From the NCBI RefSeq assembly GCF_006345805.1, contig NC_043006.1, forward strand, positions 12,028,001 to 12,092,000: 64,000 bases of DNA, written 5' to 3'. Shown piece after piece: positions 52,073 to 64,000 of this stretch. Position numbers and translations under genes: made by a program. The notes under the pieces are model-generated. The model did no database searches, was not told the DNA's origin, and saw only the letters and a list, made by a program, of their open reading frames with translations. Origin of the DNA: Octopus sinensis. Taxonomy: Eukaryota. The number at the start of each line of letters is the position of its first letter. Position 1 is the first letter of the stretch.

Positions 52073-52671
52073 ACTTATATATATATAATATATACACGCA
52101 CTCATAGCTATATATATATATAATTGAGAGGGAGAGAGGGAGAGAAAGAGGAGAGAGGGGGAAAGAAAGGGGGAGAGAGAGAAGGAGAGGGAGAGGAAGG
52201 GAGGTAGAGAGAGGTATGAGTGTGTGTGAATATGCACAATCATTATCCAGCATGAAAAGCACCAGACTTCGTGATTCTACTCTAATCGAATCGTTGCAAA
52301 CTTACAACTGCATCTTAAGAGATATCTACTTATTTAGAAATGGATTATTTACTTTGTCACTGTGAACAGAAATTCGGCTTCAAAAGCATACACTCGTTGA
52401 CACATTCAAATTACGTTTCGGACAGCTTTACACATTTCCTAATCAATTTTGTAGCGCATATATGAGTTGGTGATATTTAAAAAAAAATGTAATATCCAAA
52501 ACCTGAAACTATGATATCAAATATTAATTAATGTTTTGTCAAAGATTAAAACCAATATCAAAAGGCTTTTTGTGTTCTGTATTTCTGATTCATAAAATAG
52601 TATCTGCTAATTACGGAGATGTACTTGCATAGCGAGTGACTTGATCTGAGATCATGTGAGTGGAACGAAAA

Positions 52672-53372
52672 CAATTGCAGCGTGGAAGGTGTTTATAAGC
52701 CATTTAAGAAACACATAAAACCGTAAGATTCACTTCAACATATAAATTTAATTTGTCAAAATATTTTCGTCGCTTTGAGACCGCGACCTGTTCACTGACA
52801 AAACTTCTTGCTGCATCTCAGTTTTGTCAGTGAACAGGTCGCGGTCTCAAGCGACGAAAATATTTTGACAAATTAAATTTATATAGGCGCAGGAGTGGCT
52901 GTGTGGTAAGTAGCTTGCTAACCAACCACATGGTTCCGGGTTCAGTCCCACTGCGTGGCACCTTGGGCAAGTGGCTTCTGCTATAGCCCCGGGCCGACCA
53001 ATGCCTTTGTGAGTGGATTTGGTAGACGGAAACTGAAAGAAGCCTGTCGCATATATGTATATATATATGTATATGTAAGTGTGTTTGTGTGTCTGTGTTT
53101 GTCCCCCTAGCATTGCTTGACAACCGATGCTGGTGTGTTTATGTCCCCGTTACTTAGCGGTCCGGCAAAAGAGACCGATAGAATAAGTACTGGGCTTACA
53201 AAGAATAAGTCCCGGGGTCGATTTGCTCGACTAAAGGCGGTGCTCCAGCATGGCCGCAGTCAAATGACTGAAACAAGTAAAAGAGTAAAAGAGAGAGTAT
53301 ATGTTGAAGTGAATCTAACGGTTTTTGTGTGTTTCCTAACTGGCTTATAAACACCTTTCCACGCTGCAATTG
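52672..53372. mobile_element. Fold-back/MITE with ~135-bp arms and 14-nt loop, right arm interrupted by SINE A
   Basis: 52741-52805 pairs with 52820-52884; 52672-52740 pairs with 53300-53372. Confidence 0.85.
52886..53293 (+). mobile_element. SINE family A (young copy)
   Basis: Full copy, near-identical to 55772-56205. Confidence 0.95.
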
Positions 53373-53774
53373 ATTATCTGCTAACTTCCTTCGAAACACT
53401 ATCCAGATATGGTGTCTTCGGGTGCGCAATAAATAACTTTAAACTTGAAACCTCTCATTATTGGATGAGAAGAATTTCTCTTTCCATTTGCCATCATGCA
53501 CAGTGAATAGAGTTTACTAGTGAAAATGTTAAATTCGTAGACCACACTACACTTATGGGATTTCTCTCAGGTAAGACATTTTCTCAAATAAGAAAATGTT
53601 CTAAATTTTATATCGCTATTTAAAATATCATCCGTTTATCAGCTACATCATTGAAACACCACCTCTTCTCTCTCACCTGTTCATATTTTCTCATCTACTC
53701 CTACTGTACACTCTTTCTGTTACTCCTTCTTTCAATACTTCTTAAATCCATCCATCCCTCCCTCCCTCCATCCA

Positions 53775-53789
53775 TCCATCCATCCATCC

Positions 53790-53845
<56 letters not shown>

Positions 53846-53879
53846 CTATCTGTCTGTCAATCTATCCATCTATCCACCC

Positions 53880-53967
<88 letters not shown>

Positions 53968-54001
53968 CTATCTGTCTGTCAATCTATCCATCCATCCACC
54001 C

Positions 54002-54097
<96 letters not shown>

Positions 54098-54186
54098 GTC
54101 TATCTATCTATCCATCCATCTATCCATCTATCTATCTATCTCTATCTGTGTTTCTATCAATCTATCGATCGATCGATCGATCGATC
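53775..54186. repeat. (TCCA)/(TCTA)n compound microsatellite ending in (GATC)n
   Basis: Direct tandem. Confidence 0.96.
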
Positions 54187-54594
54187 AGTCTTTCCATTCT
54201 TCCATTTCATCTGTGTGTGTGTGTGTTCGTGTCTCTTTATATATTTATTTAAGAAAGTCTCATTCATACAGATTTTAAGTTCTGTCCATACGTATCAGAA
54301 ACAATAATTGGATTTCAAAATTGAAAGCTATAAACAAATATTTCAAAATTCTGAGCTACCTTAATTATACTCCAGTATTAGAACTTGACCATCAGAATAC
54401 GAATTTATGTCAGTTTTAACAATGAGATTTTGAATAAGGAGATGTCGCTGTTATTATTATCGTTGTTGCTTAGCCACGGGTATCTCTCTCTTCTGATGGA
54501 GAAGAGAAAAGTTAGACATTCTTAACAGTATTTGTATAGATGTTAATCGTGTTTGCAAACTCTTTCTTTTTTTTTTTTTTTGGAAACAGTCGCA

Positions 54595-55015
54595 TTCATG
54601 GCTGTGTGACCAAGTGGTTCGTTTGACATGACAGCCACGTTTAGCCCATGTGTGTTTGTGTGCTTGTGTGCATGTGTGTGTGAAAGAGAGAGAGACAGAC
54701 AGACAGACAGAGTGAGTGAGTGTGTGTGTGAAAGAGAGAGAGGGAGACAGACAGACAGTGTGTGTGTGTGTAAGTGTATGTGTGTGACTACATATCTTTG
54801 TAATTGTTTATGCGCCACCCGCTGTTTGACAACTGTTTTTTTTTTTTTCAAATTTATTTACGTGCCTATAACAGCAGTAGAGTAAGTGACCGATAGAAAA
54901 AAGGCAGCAAGCTTTAGAAAAAGAGACCCCCAAACAGTACTAGGACCAAATTCTTCGACTAAACCCTTCAAAGCATTACCACAGTCCAATGACTGAAACA
55001 AATAAAAGATAAAAA
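54595..55015 (+). mobile_element. Old SINE family A-like copy
   Basis: Degenerate head tggctgtgtgaccaag and tail aatgactgaaacaaataaaaga. Confidence 0.45.
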
Positions 55016-55277
55016 TTATTTATTTTATCATGGACGATAGAATAGTTTTCATCATCTCCCTTATATCAGTGTATAACAAATTCTGAATGCCAAAACATTT
55101 GGTTCCTTTAAAAGTTTCAATAGTGAAGGAGAAATTATTGATGGTGTAGAATTTCAAAAGTTTTAGTGTTCTGGTCATCAAAGATTCAGATATTACGGAA
55201 AGGAAAATAGTCTCAAGAGCTGAGAATAACAGAATCAGATTTTGATAAAGATAACATATCTATTATTAATTATCTGT

Positions 55278-55667
55278 TACCTGTTTCGGTCATTAGACTA
55301 CAGCCATGCTGGGGCACCACGTTGAAGAATTTTTAACCGAATGAATCGAACACAGTACTTTTTATTTAATCCTGGTACTTATTCTATCAAGCTCTTTGGC
55401 CGAACCGTTAGATTACGAGGAAATAAACATACCAACACAGGTTGTCAGGCTGTGTTTGTATGTCAGGGACAGACACAGGCACAAAGACGCCCCCCCCCAT
55501 TTATATAACAGGTTTCTTTCAGTTTTGTCTACCGAATCCACTCACAAGGCTTTGGGCGGCCCGAGACTTTAACAAAAGAGACACTTGCTCAAGTTTCCAC
55601 ACAGTGGGACTGAACCCAGAACCATGTGGTTGAGAAGCAAGCTTCTTACCGTACAGTCACGCCTGTG
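55278..55667 (-). mobile_element. SINE family A variant
   Basis: gggactgaacccagaaccatgtgg head region; tail cagccatgctggggcaccac. Confidence 0.78.
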
Positions 55668-55771
55668 AATTTACTATTAGTAGATTTACAGAGAGAAACC
55701 CAATCAAACGATTGTAGAGAAGAGTATTACTAATGTAAAGTATATTAACAGTAACTAAAGTTTTCCTAATT

Positions 55772-56002
55772 ACTCTTTACACTTTACTCTTTACTCTTTT
55801 ACTCTTTTACTTGTTTCAGTCATTTGAGTGTGGCCGTGCTGGAGCACCGCCTTTAGTCGAGCAAATCGACTCCGGGACTTATTCTTTGTAAGCCCAGTAC
55901 TTATTCTATCGGTCTCTTTAGCCGAACTGCTAAGTGACGGGGACGTAAACACACCAGCATCGGTTGTCAAGCAATGCTAGGGGAACAAACACAGACATAC
56001 AA

Positions 56003-56033
<31 letters not shown>

Positions 56034-56205
56034 CATATATACGACAGGCTTCTTTCAGTTTCCGTCTACCAAATCCACTCACAAAGGCATTGGTCGGCCC
56101 GGGGCTATAGCAGAAGACACTTGCCCAAGATGCAACGCAGTGGGACTGAACCCGGAACCATGTGGTTGGTTAGCAAGCTACTTACCACACAGCCACTCCT
56201 GCGCC
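55772..56205 (-). mobile_element. SINE family A (young copy)
   Basis: Full reverse copy with an (ACTCTTTT)n tail; taatt at both ends. Confidence 0.95.
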
Positions 56206-56618
56206 TAATTGGTTGCAATTTTTATTATTTCTTTTTTTTTTTTGTAGATGACTTCCGAAATATGATTAATTGTTGTTTCCATCTTGTCTCAGGTGTGTAA
56301 AATGTGTGCAAAATAAACAAATATTCTAGGTATGAAATATTTTCTAGGTTTCAGAATAATTATACCTTATATATGAAAGTTGTATTGATATATCTGTAGT
56401 GGCTAGCAGTATTACTCTGGAATGAGAATGTTTAAATTTGACACCGAACACAGGGTTAATTCAGGACAGACGTGTTAATTAGTTGTTGTTGCTGTTCTGC
56501 CCTAATTAAACAAACCTTATTATCAAAGTAATCTCATCCATAACCAAACTATCCATTAGTTTAGCTAATACTACATGTTCAAATGTATCCTTCAATTTGT
56601 TAAGAATATAAAATATTT

Positions 56619-56741
56619 TTAGGGAGACGGGCGAGATCTGGTTAATATTTCTAGCATATTCAATGACCTCGTTGTGGCTCCCATCGTTTGTCTCGAGTCA
56701 GAGATAATAGCGACTCTTAGATCTATGCACCGTCTCCTATA
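56619..56741. mobile_element. Small MITE-like element
   Basis: tagggagacgggcgagatct versus agatctatgcaccgtctcctata, imperfect TIRs. Confidence 0.45.
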
Positions 56742-57468
56742 GAATCTTTGGAAAGCGCAATCACGCAAACAAACATATAGCTTCTACTTCCACAGACGCA
56801 AGGAACATCTTCCAGCTAAATCATTATAGAAATTAGGGAATTTTCAGACACCTGCTATGTAAATTATGTAATAAGCAATTCAATCACTATTTTAGGAATT
56901 TCTACTCTCATTGATATCGCTTTCCTAAAAGGTAGGAAAACTGTACTATCTCCTACAACTATAAATCCACGGCCGTGTGCCTAAATGAAAAATCGATATT
57001 CCTAATGGCTACATAGCACTTGCGTTGCTGTTACTTGCACAAGAGTCTACTGCGTTGCTTTTCATAACTTCTCGCGCATCAACTAACACACAGAGAAATG
57101 TAGTCATATAATGTTATATAGTTAAATTTAGGAAGATAAACTCATTTAAAAGTACTGGCATTAGTGGTGTTATGAGAGGCTAGCATCACATTAAATACGG
57201 ACAGAGCTTAGAAGCCAAAACAATGATATAAACACACACACACACATATTCACACGTGCTTGCGCATACACACCGAACACGAACACATAATATATGTATG
57301 TATATATACATACATATATATATATATATGCTTAATACGTATATATATATTTATATATAATATATATATATATTATGTATATATATGTATATACGTATAT
57401 ATATATGTATATATATGTATATATATAATATGATATTAATATTATATTATATATATATATTATATATA

Positions 57469-57507
<39 letters not shown>

Positions 57508-57887
57508 GTGTTGTGTGTACATATATATGTGTGTGTATGTATGTTCGTGTGTGTGTGTGAGTATCGGAAGAAAAGGAGAAGGAAATGATAGACGTGGACA
57601 TTCAATAGTCTTCCTTTGTTGTATCATCTGAATTTTCTTACTTAAAAAATAAATTAATGTCATTTTTTGCTTGGTTTTTTAAATTTCACTTCATGTTATA
57701 GTTACAGGTTTTTTTTTCTTCTTTTGTTTAACACCTCAAAAAACTTTTAACTCCTGCTGTCTGAAACGGCATAGTATAGACATATTATGTAATATATATA
57801 TATATTATATATATATATATCATTTGCACACACTATACACACCATATATGCATATATTTATATGTGCACACTATATATGCTTATATG

Positions 57888-57923
<36 letters not shown>

Positions 57924-57975
57924 TGTATATATCTAGACAATATATACGAATGTAATATATACGTACATATATGAT

Positions 57976-58006
<31 letters not shown>

Positions 58007-58022
58007 TATATATACATTATAA

Positions 58023-58081
<59 letters not shown>

Positions 58082-59069
58082 CATGTATACAATTTACATA
58101 TATATATATACATTACGTTTTTGTCTCTATATATGCGTACCTGTATATGCATATATATATATATTTGTATTGTGTAATATTTTAGAGACACACAAGCATT
58201 TACAAACACATGAACACACAAATAAACTCAGACACACAGACGTGCACATACATATAAGCTTACGCTGAAAAAGTTCTGTTGCTAAAGTGTAAACGGATTC
58301 TATATATGTGTGTGTGTGTGCGTGTGTGTGTATGTACCTACGTATCTATGTGCGTATGTGTGAAGGTGTGTGTATGAGTATGTGTGTGTGTGTGTGTGAG
58401 AGAGAGTGTGTGAGTTCATGTGAGTGCGTGTGTGTGTGTGTGTATCCTTGACCAAGTAGCTTTTCACATGACCTGATCTGAATTAATCTGATACTTTCTA
58501 GTATCATAGTTTGCTTTCAGACAAGAGCAAATAGCGCCAGAAGAAAACTTGGCAACGCTTCTATCTAGCTTCAAATATTCTTTTATTTTATTAACAGACA
58601 AAATACTTTTGTTTTTAGCTTTTGCTTTGTTTGTTTAATTTTCTACCAGAATATTGTTTAACATTAGACTATTGCCAGCGTGGTGGAGTTGGACTGGGGC
58701 CGCAGACCGCTGGATCAAATATATTAACTAGTTGAGGTTCGTTCTTCTATATTTTAAATTCTAGATCTAACAGGGTTTTACTCCTGGTCCTCTGTGGTTC
58801 TCTTATTGACGAGATAAGCGGAATGATGTTCTGGACTAGTTGTTTAATAGTCGATTTTCACTTACCCTCTGCAAGAATCTTCAATTTCACAATCTCGAGA
58901 GATAATATCTCTTCCAAAACTTCGAACAACTATTGAATTCGATTTATTGGTATTGATTAAACTCTATAATTCAGTTTTTGCTTGTGTTTACGCTTTTGCA
59001 AGATCGAAACGTCTACGTAAGTGCGGCTTAACTCCTCAAGTTTAGATCGTTATAAACAGAGTATACATA

Positions 59070-59085
59070 CATGCACACACACACA

Positions 59086-59127
<42 letters not shown>

Positions 59128-59161
59128 ATATATATATATAATAATATATATATATATATAT

Positions 59162-59192
<31 letters not shown>

Positions 59193-59220
59193 ATATATAT
59201 ACATATATATATATATATAT

Positions 59221-59266
<46 letters not shown>

Positions 59267-59326
59267 GTATATATATATATATGTATGTGTGTATATATAT
59301 ATATGTATGTGTGTATATATATATAT

Positions 59327-59376
<50 letters not shown>

Positions 59377-59440
59377 TATATATATGTATGTGTGTATATA
59401 TATATATGTATATATATATATATGTATATATATTTATAAT
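59070..59440. repeat. (CA)n-(TA)n compound microsatellite
   Basis: Direct tandem. Confidence 0.96.
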
Positions 59441-60145
59441 TTTTACTTAGTAGTATAAGAAGTAGATGTGAAAACTTATTCATTTCCCCAGTAGTTAAGT
59501 GAATTGAAATGTTTATAGCAAAGGAATTTTTTTTCCCACGAGACATAATAAACAAGCTATTAGTGCACAATCTCTGTATTAAAAAGAAAACAGGATTTGA
59601 TACAGCTTATATTGCTTGATGTGATAAGTGTGTTGTTACATTGTCTGAATTGTATTTGTTTCTCTATCATTCCTTTAGAGTGTGGGGCATGAGATTTCAT
59701 TGTATTTTTGCAAAGTTTCCGAGATTAGTGTCGGAAGAAGCCGATAGAAATTGAAATTCTTGGGTTATGTTCAAATTGGAGACGACGTTGGAATGTTTAA
59801 AATGAATTGACTCTTTTAACTCCCGCGAAGAGTCAGACTATGGTGTTCAGCCGATCGACAGGTCACCTGTATAAACTAAGACGAACACATCACCTTACGA
59901 ACTTTCGAAAACGTTCCGTTGAAGCAGTTCTCTTCATAAATCCTGCACGACCTGATACTACACATCTTTAGGATACAGCGAAATCACGTCACATCCAGAA
60001 GTCACGTGGTCTCGACGTGAAATTCAGAATGACGTTGCCCTAGCTGCAAAGGATATATTGAATAGGGTGCCTTTTTCCCATCAAGTTTATAATACCAGAT
60101 TTAATAACTGACAAAAGAAACCACATTGTTGTGTAAAAAATACTT

Positions 60146-60548
60146 GGATCTTTTCGGTTTGAAAGGCAGTTTTTTAAAATAATTTCCACATAACTAAACA
60201 CTTTTAAACTTCGTATACTGGTAGAATGTGTTTATAAAACATCTTTTTCTCTTGGCTTTATTGAGAAAATTCAATAGTTTGTAAGATATTTGTTGTTGTT
60301 TTTCTTCAATTTCTGCAATTTCAACCAATCACTGACGTCTATTGAGGTAAAAAAAAAACATTCTGTGTCGTTTAAGAAACAGTTGGGTTTATTTACATTT
60401 GTGAAGAAAAAAAGATACCCTTCCCCCACCCCTAACCCTAAACCTAAAACAGATTGAAATGCAATAGATCGATACTAGGGTCATAATTATGAGTGACAAT
60501 TTCATATGACACCGCTAGAAAAAACTGCCGTTCAAACCGAAAAGATTC
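60146..60548. mobile_element. MITE with ~29-bp TIRs and an exact 8-bp TSD (AAATACTT)
   Basis: ggatcttttcggtttgaaaggcagttttt versus aaaaactgccgttcaaaccgaaaagattc; aaatactt at 60138-60145 and 60549-60556. Confidence 0.85.
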
Positions 60549-61111
60549 AAATACTTTATTGTATACTATTTTCCTAGATTTCAGTTATCTAATTTTCTAG
60601 AATGAGAAGTACCGGGATATTTTAACATTTCATCAGCACTTTAATTTCTGGTATGATTTTGTATTCATCTATATCTCAAATATAGAAATTATTACTCATT
60701 GAAGTAATTGCTGCAATGTTTCTGGTTCTATATTATCCCAGTTTCTATAGTAATTTCTCATTCTGCGTAAATCTCTGATTTTATCAGAATAAATAATCCA
60801 AACCTTTCGGAAAAATTAGCATAGCGTTATTACAAATACAAGTGTCACGGTTGCATAGACTTAAGGTAATGAAAGAGAGACTTAGCATATGGCATTGATC
60901 TTCTTACATTTATGCCAATGACCAAGTATGAAATGAATGAACATTCAATCCTGATAAGATTTGAAATGCAAATCGAATTATAAGGAAATTAAATTACATG
61001 ATACATTTACGACCGCACGCACTCTATTATCTCATTTGTCTCCAGCGATATTATAAAGGCTATGATATGATATTCAAGTTATCTCATTTGAGATATTGAA
61101 AACTATAGATC

Positions 61112-61858
61112 AGTACTTCTCAAAGAGTGCGGTGTCGTTATTGGGTGGTGGAGAAGGATATAATGTTTACTCTGTGTAGTAGGAAGAAATAGAACTGTAG
61201 TGAGGCCTTATATGTATCTGCACAGCTTTTCTTGGTTTTGTCTCTTGTTTCCGTTTTAAACTTTAAGAAAGATATAAATATATTACTATAATAAGCTGTT
61301 TGTTAAACCAAAATGCAAATAGGTAAATTAACAGAGCGGAATATATCGCAGCTATATATGCCAGTTATAAGAAATAAGTATATTATATATTATAAGCTAA
61401 GCGAAATAAAGAAAAATTAAACTGACATTGTTAAAATTTGTGTGTATTTCAATAAAAGCGGTCACTGCAAATGTTACGTTATCGTGTGTGGTTACACCCC
61501 CCCCCATATATATAATATATGTATATATATAGGCGAGGAAATATTATAAGGAAATATTATAAGAAGGCAGAATGCTAAATTAAAGGTAAATTTTAATGAA
61601 AATGGGTGTATGGAAACTTTTAAAAACTAAAAAAAATATATATATATATTAATTCAAAATTTCGAGGTCGAAAGGATGAATTCAAAATATATATATATAT
61701 TATACCTCATACACATACATACACATATATATGTACTTTATGCGCGCGTGTTTGTGTGTATGTGGTGTATTTAATTTTGTGAAATCGTAGGAAGAGGGCT
61801 TTGAGTAATCGTTTGGAAATCAAAGAGGGCGATAGGTAAAAGATGTTTGGGAAACACT
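61112..61858. mobile_element. Old hAT (Charlie-like) MITE
   Basis: cagtacttctcaaa ... tttgggaaacactg ends; flanks ctatagat and gtctagaa resemble the nTCTAGAn target. Confidence 0.4.
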
Positions 61859-62037
61859 GGTCTAGAATGTTTTCGACTGTCTTAGTCGTCCTCACTACTC
61901 TCCAAACAGCTAAAGTTAATCAGGCATTTTATCTAAGTTAATTAGCAAGTTTTTCCCCACTTAATTTTGCTCCATATATAATTATATCATGAACCACATG
62001 AATACGTAGATTCATTGACGGTAGAAAAAATTTAATA

Positions 62038-62454
62038 CCTATTTCTTTACTAGCCACAAGGATCTAAACACAGAGAGGACAAACAAGAACAGACATAGGT
62101 ATTAAGTCGATTATATCGACCACAGTGCGTAACTGGTACTTTATTTAATCGAACCCGAAAGGACGAAAGGCCCAGTCGACCTTGGCGGAATTTGAACTCA
62201 GAACGTAGCGGCAGACGAAATACCTTTTTCTTTACTACCGACAAGGGTCTAAACACAGAGAGAACAAACAAGGACAGACAAACGGATAAAGTCGATTATA
62301 TCGACCCCAGTGCGTAACTGGTACTTAATTTATCGACTCCAAAGGATGAAAGGCAAAGTCAACCTCGGCGGAATTTGAACTCAGAACGTAGCGGCAGACG
62401 AAATACCGCAAAGCATTTCGCCCGGCGTCCTAACGATTCTGCCAGCTCGCCGCC
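62038..62454 (-). mobile_element. SINE family B with duplicated ~185-bp internal unit
   Basis: tttctttactagcc/ccgacaagg...gaactcagaacgtagcggcagacgaaatacc occurs twice. Confidence 0.92.
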
Positions 62455-63651
62455 TTTAATTTAATACCATACTCAACACCTTAAATTATGTCCAAATGAA
62501 AATTAAAAAAACCCCGCGATGTGTCAATTACATGACACTCAAACCACAGTTATCTCAATTGTGAAATAACTTTAAGTCTCTATAAAACTCACCACTTCTA
62601 AAAAAAAAACTGTCACAAGAGTAGCAATTTTGTCATTCCTGGCTCAAAAATAAGCATGACACAAAACAAGAATAAACGGAATACAAATATATCATGTCAT
62701 GGTTCTACAAGTCTGTCTAGACTTGTTCTATATTTACTTGCGTTAGTTATGAAGACTTTTATTGTCGAAAACACCGCCAAGCGATTCCTGTTGTTTTGAT
62801 GGTTATACTTTATTGCAATTTTATTCCGAAGAGCATATTTTTAGGTATTCTCTGCTTTATATTGGTTGACACAAATGGCAGTAAATCGTTTCCAAGACAA
62901 TGGACTGACAGCAATATTTTCAAAAGTTTGCCACGAAACGTCTTTTACATTTTATATCTTAGACTGTGCCAATCCATATGGTGTTTGACCTAATGAGCTT
63001 ATTCAATAACACATATTTTCAATTACTAAAATTCTATAGAAATGCATCATCTATGAATACATCGAAAACTACAACCGAGACGACAAGTTACAAGTATAAA
63101 AAAAAAATATTCGTCTTATATGATAGTAGTACACGTTCAGAAAGTAATTTTACAGCAATGATAAAATAGTTGTGGGGAAATATATTTATCATGGCACCCA
63201 CCCCATTATTTGCAATTAAATTATTCATGGTCACATTTCGTGAATATTACTGCTGCCATTAATAGTACTCGCCCCAAGTGGTAATAGCAAGTACAATGAT
63301 AACTTCACCATTTGGTAATTGTTGTTTTTTTGTGTTCGGTGCAATTTTAGAGACGACACTGACCTCGGCAAGTTTTAAAAACACACAAAAGGACACGGCA
63401 GTATTATATGTAAATTATATTGCTTGCTATAACATTCAGTCAAAACTTAACTGAATGCTCCAACTTTTTCTTTTTCAAATATCAGATAATAATTTTAGGT
63501 TTTATTCAGTTCCTTTTATGTGCCTATGCAAAAATAGCTACCATTATTGCTTATAAAAAGGTCCCAATAAATTTAATCGCATTTGAACGGTTGGATAAGA
63601 GAGACATGAGTAGATTGAATGGCAGCACGATAACATATTTCTAATCGACAA

Positions 63652-63895
63652 GGCGGCGAGCTGGCAGAAACGTTAGCACGCCGGGTGAAATGCGCAGCCG
63701 TATTTCGTCTGCCGTTACGTTCTGAGTTCAAAATGTCCGTCTTTACTTTCTAAGTTCAAATTCCGTCTAGGTCGATTTTGCCTTTCATCCTTTCGGGGTT
63801 GATAACAAAAAGTCCCGCTTAAGTACTGGGGTTGATGTAATCAACTTATTCCATCCCCAAACTCGCTGGCTTTTTGCTAAAATTTGAAACCAGTA
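63652..63895 (+). mobile_element. SINE family B
   Basis: ggcggcgagctggcagaaacgttagcacgccggg head; B-box segment partly duplicated. Confidence 0.85.
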
Positions 63896-64000
63896 TTTCA
63901 TTGCTATGTTTTAAAAGACATGGAATCCTATATTTCCTCCTATATTAAATAGACACCTCTGAATTACAACTATGTGAAACTTAGTATTTACTTGACTGAT

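Noticed and set aside
58868-59935. Cys-containing frames (RDIISRDCEIEDSCR; SCRIYEENCF) suggesting a Ly6/three-finger protein
   Set aside because: The frames are not phase-compatible in genomic order and alternative frames are equally open.

Overview
AT-rich, microsatellite-saturated eukaryotic DNA. The repeat content (several tRNA-derived SINE families, (TA)n/(TATC)n/(AAT)n tracts) strongly suggests an octopus or other coleoid cephalopod genome; this is an inference from repeat style, not a database match. No long genuine ORF is present, and almost all of the supplied ORF track is microsatellite artefact. The window is probably intronic or intergenic, with a few small candidate exons of a gene I cannot name. 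Supported features: about 25 SINE copies in at least five families, CR1/L2-type LINE 3' fragments, a stack of R4/Dong-like restriction-endonuclease LINE 3' ends in (AAT)n tracts, a Penelope-like GIY-YIG fragment, and several MITE or fold-back elements. The most interesting layer is non-coding RNA structure. There are four distinct families of minimal type I hammerhead-ribozyme motifs. One copy is canonical (38361-38460, GUC site), one is intact apart from an extra A (14358-14403), and a head-to-head pair is split by a SINE. Also visible are a SINE-LINE pair sharing a 3' tail and a SINE flanked by a ~186-bp direct duplication.
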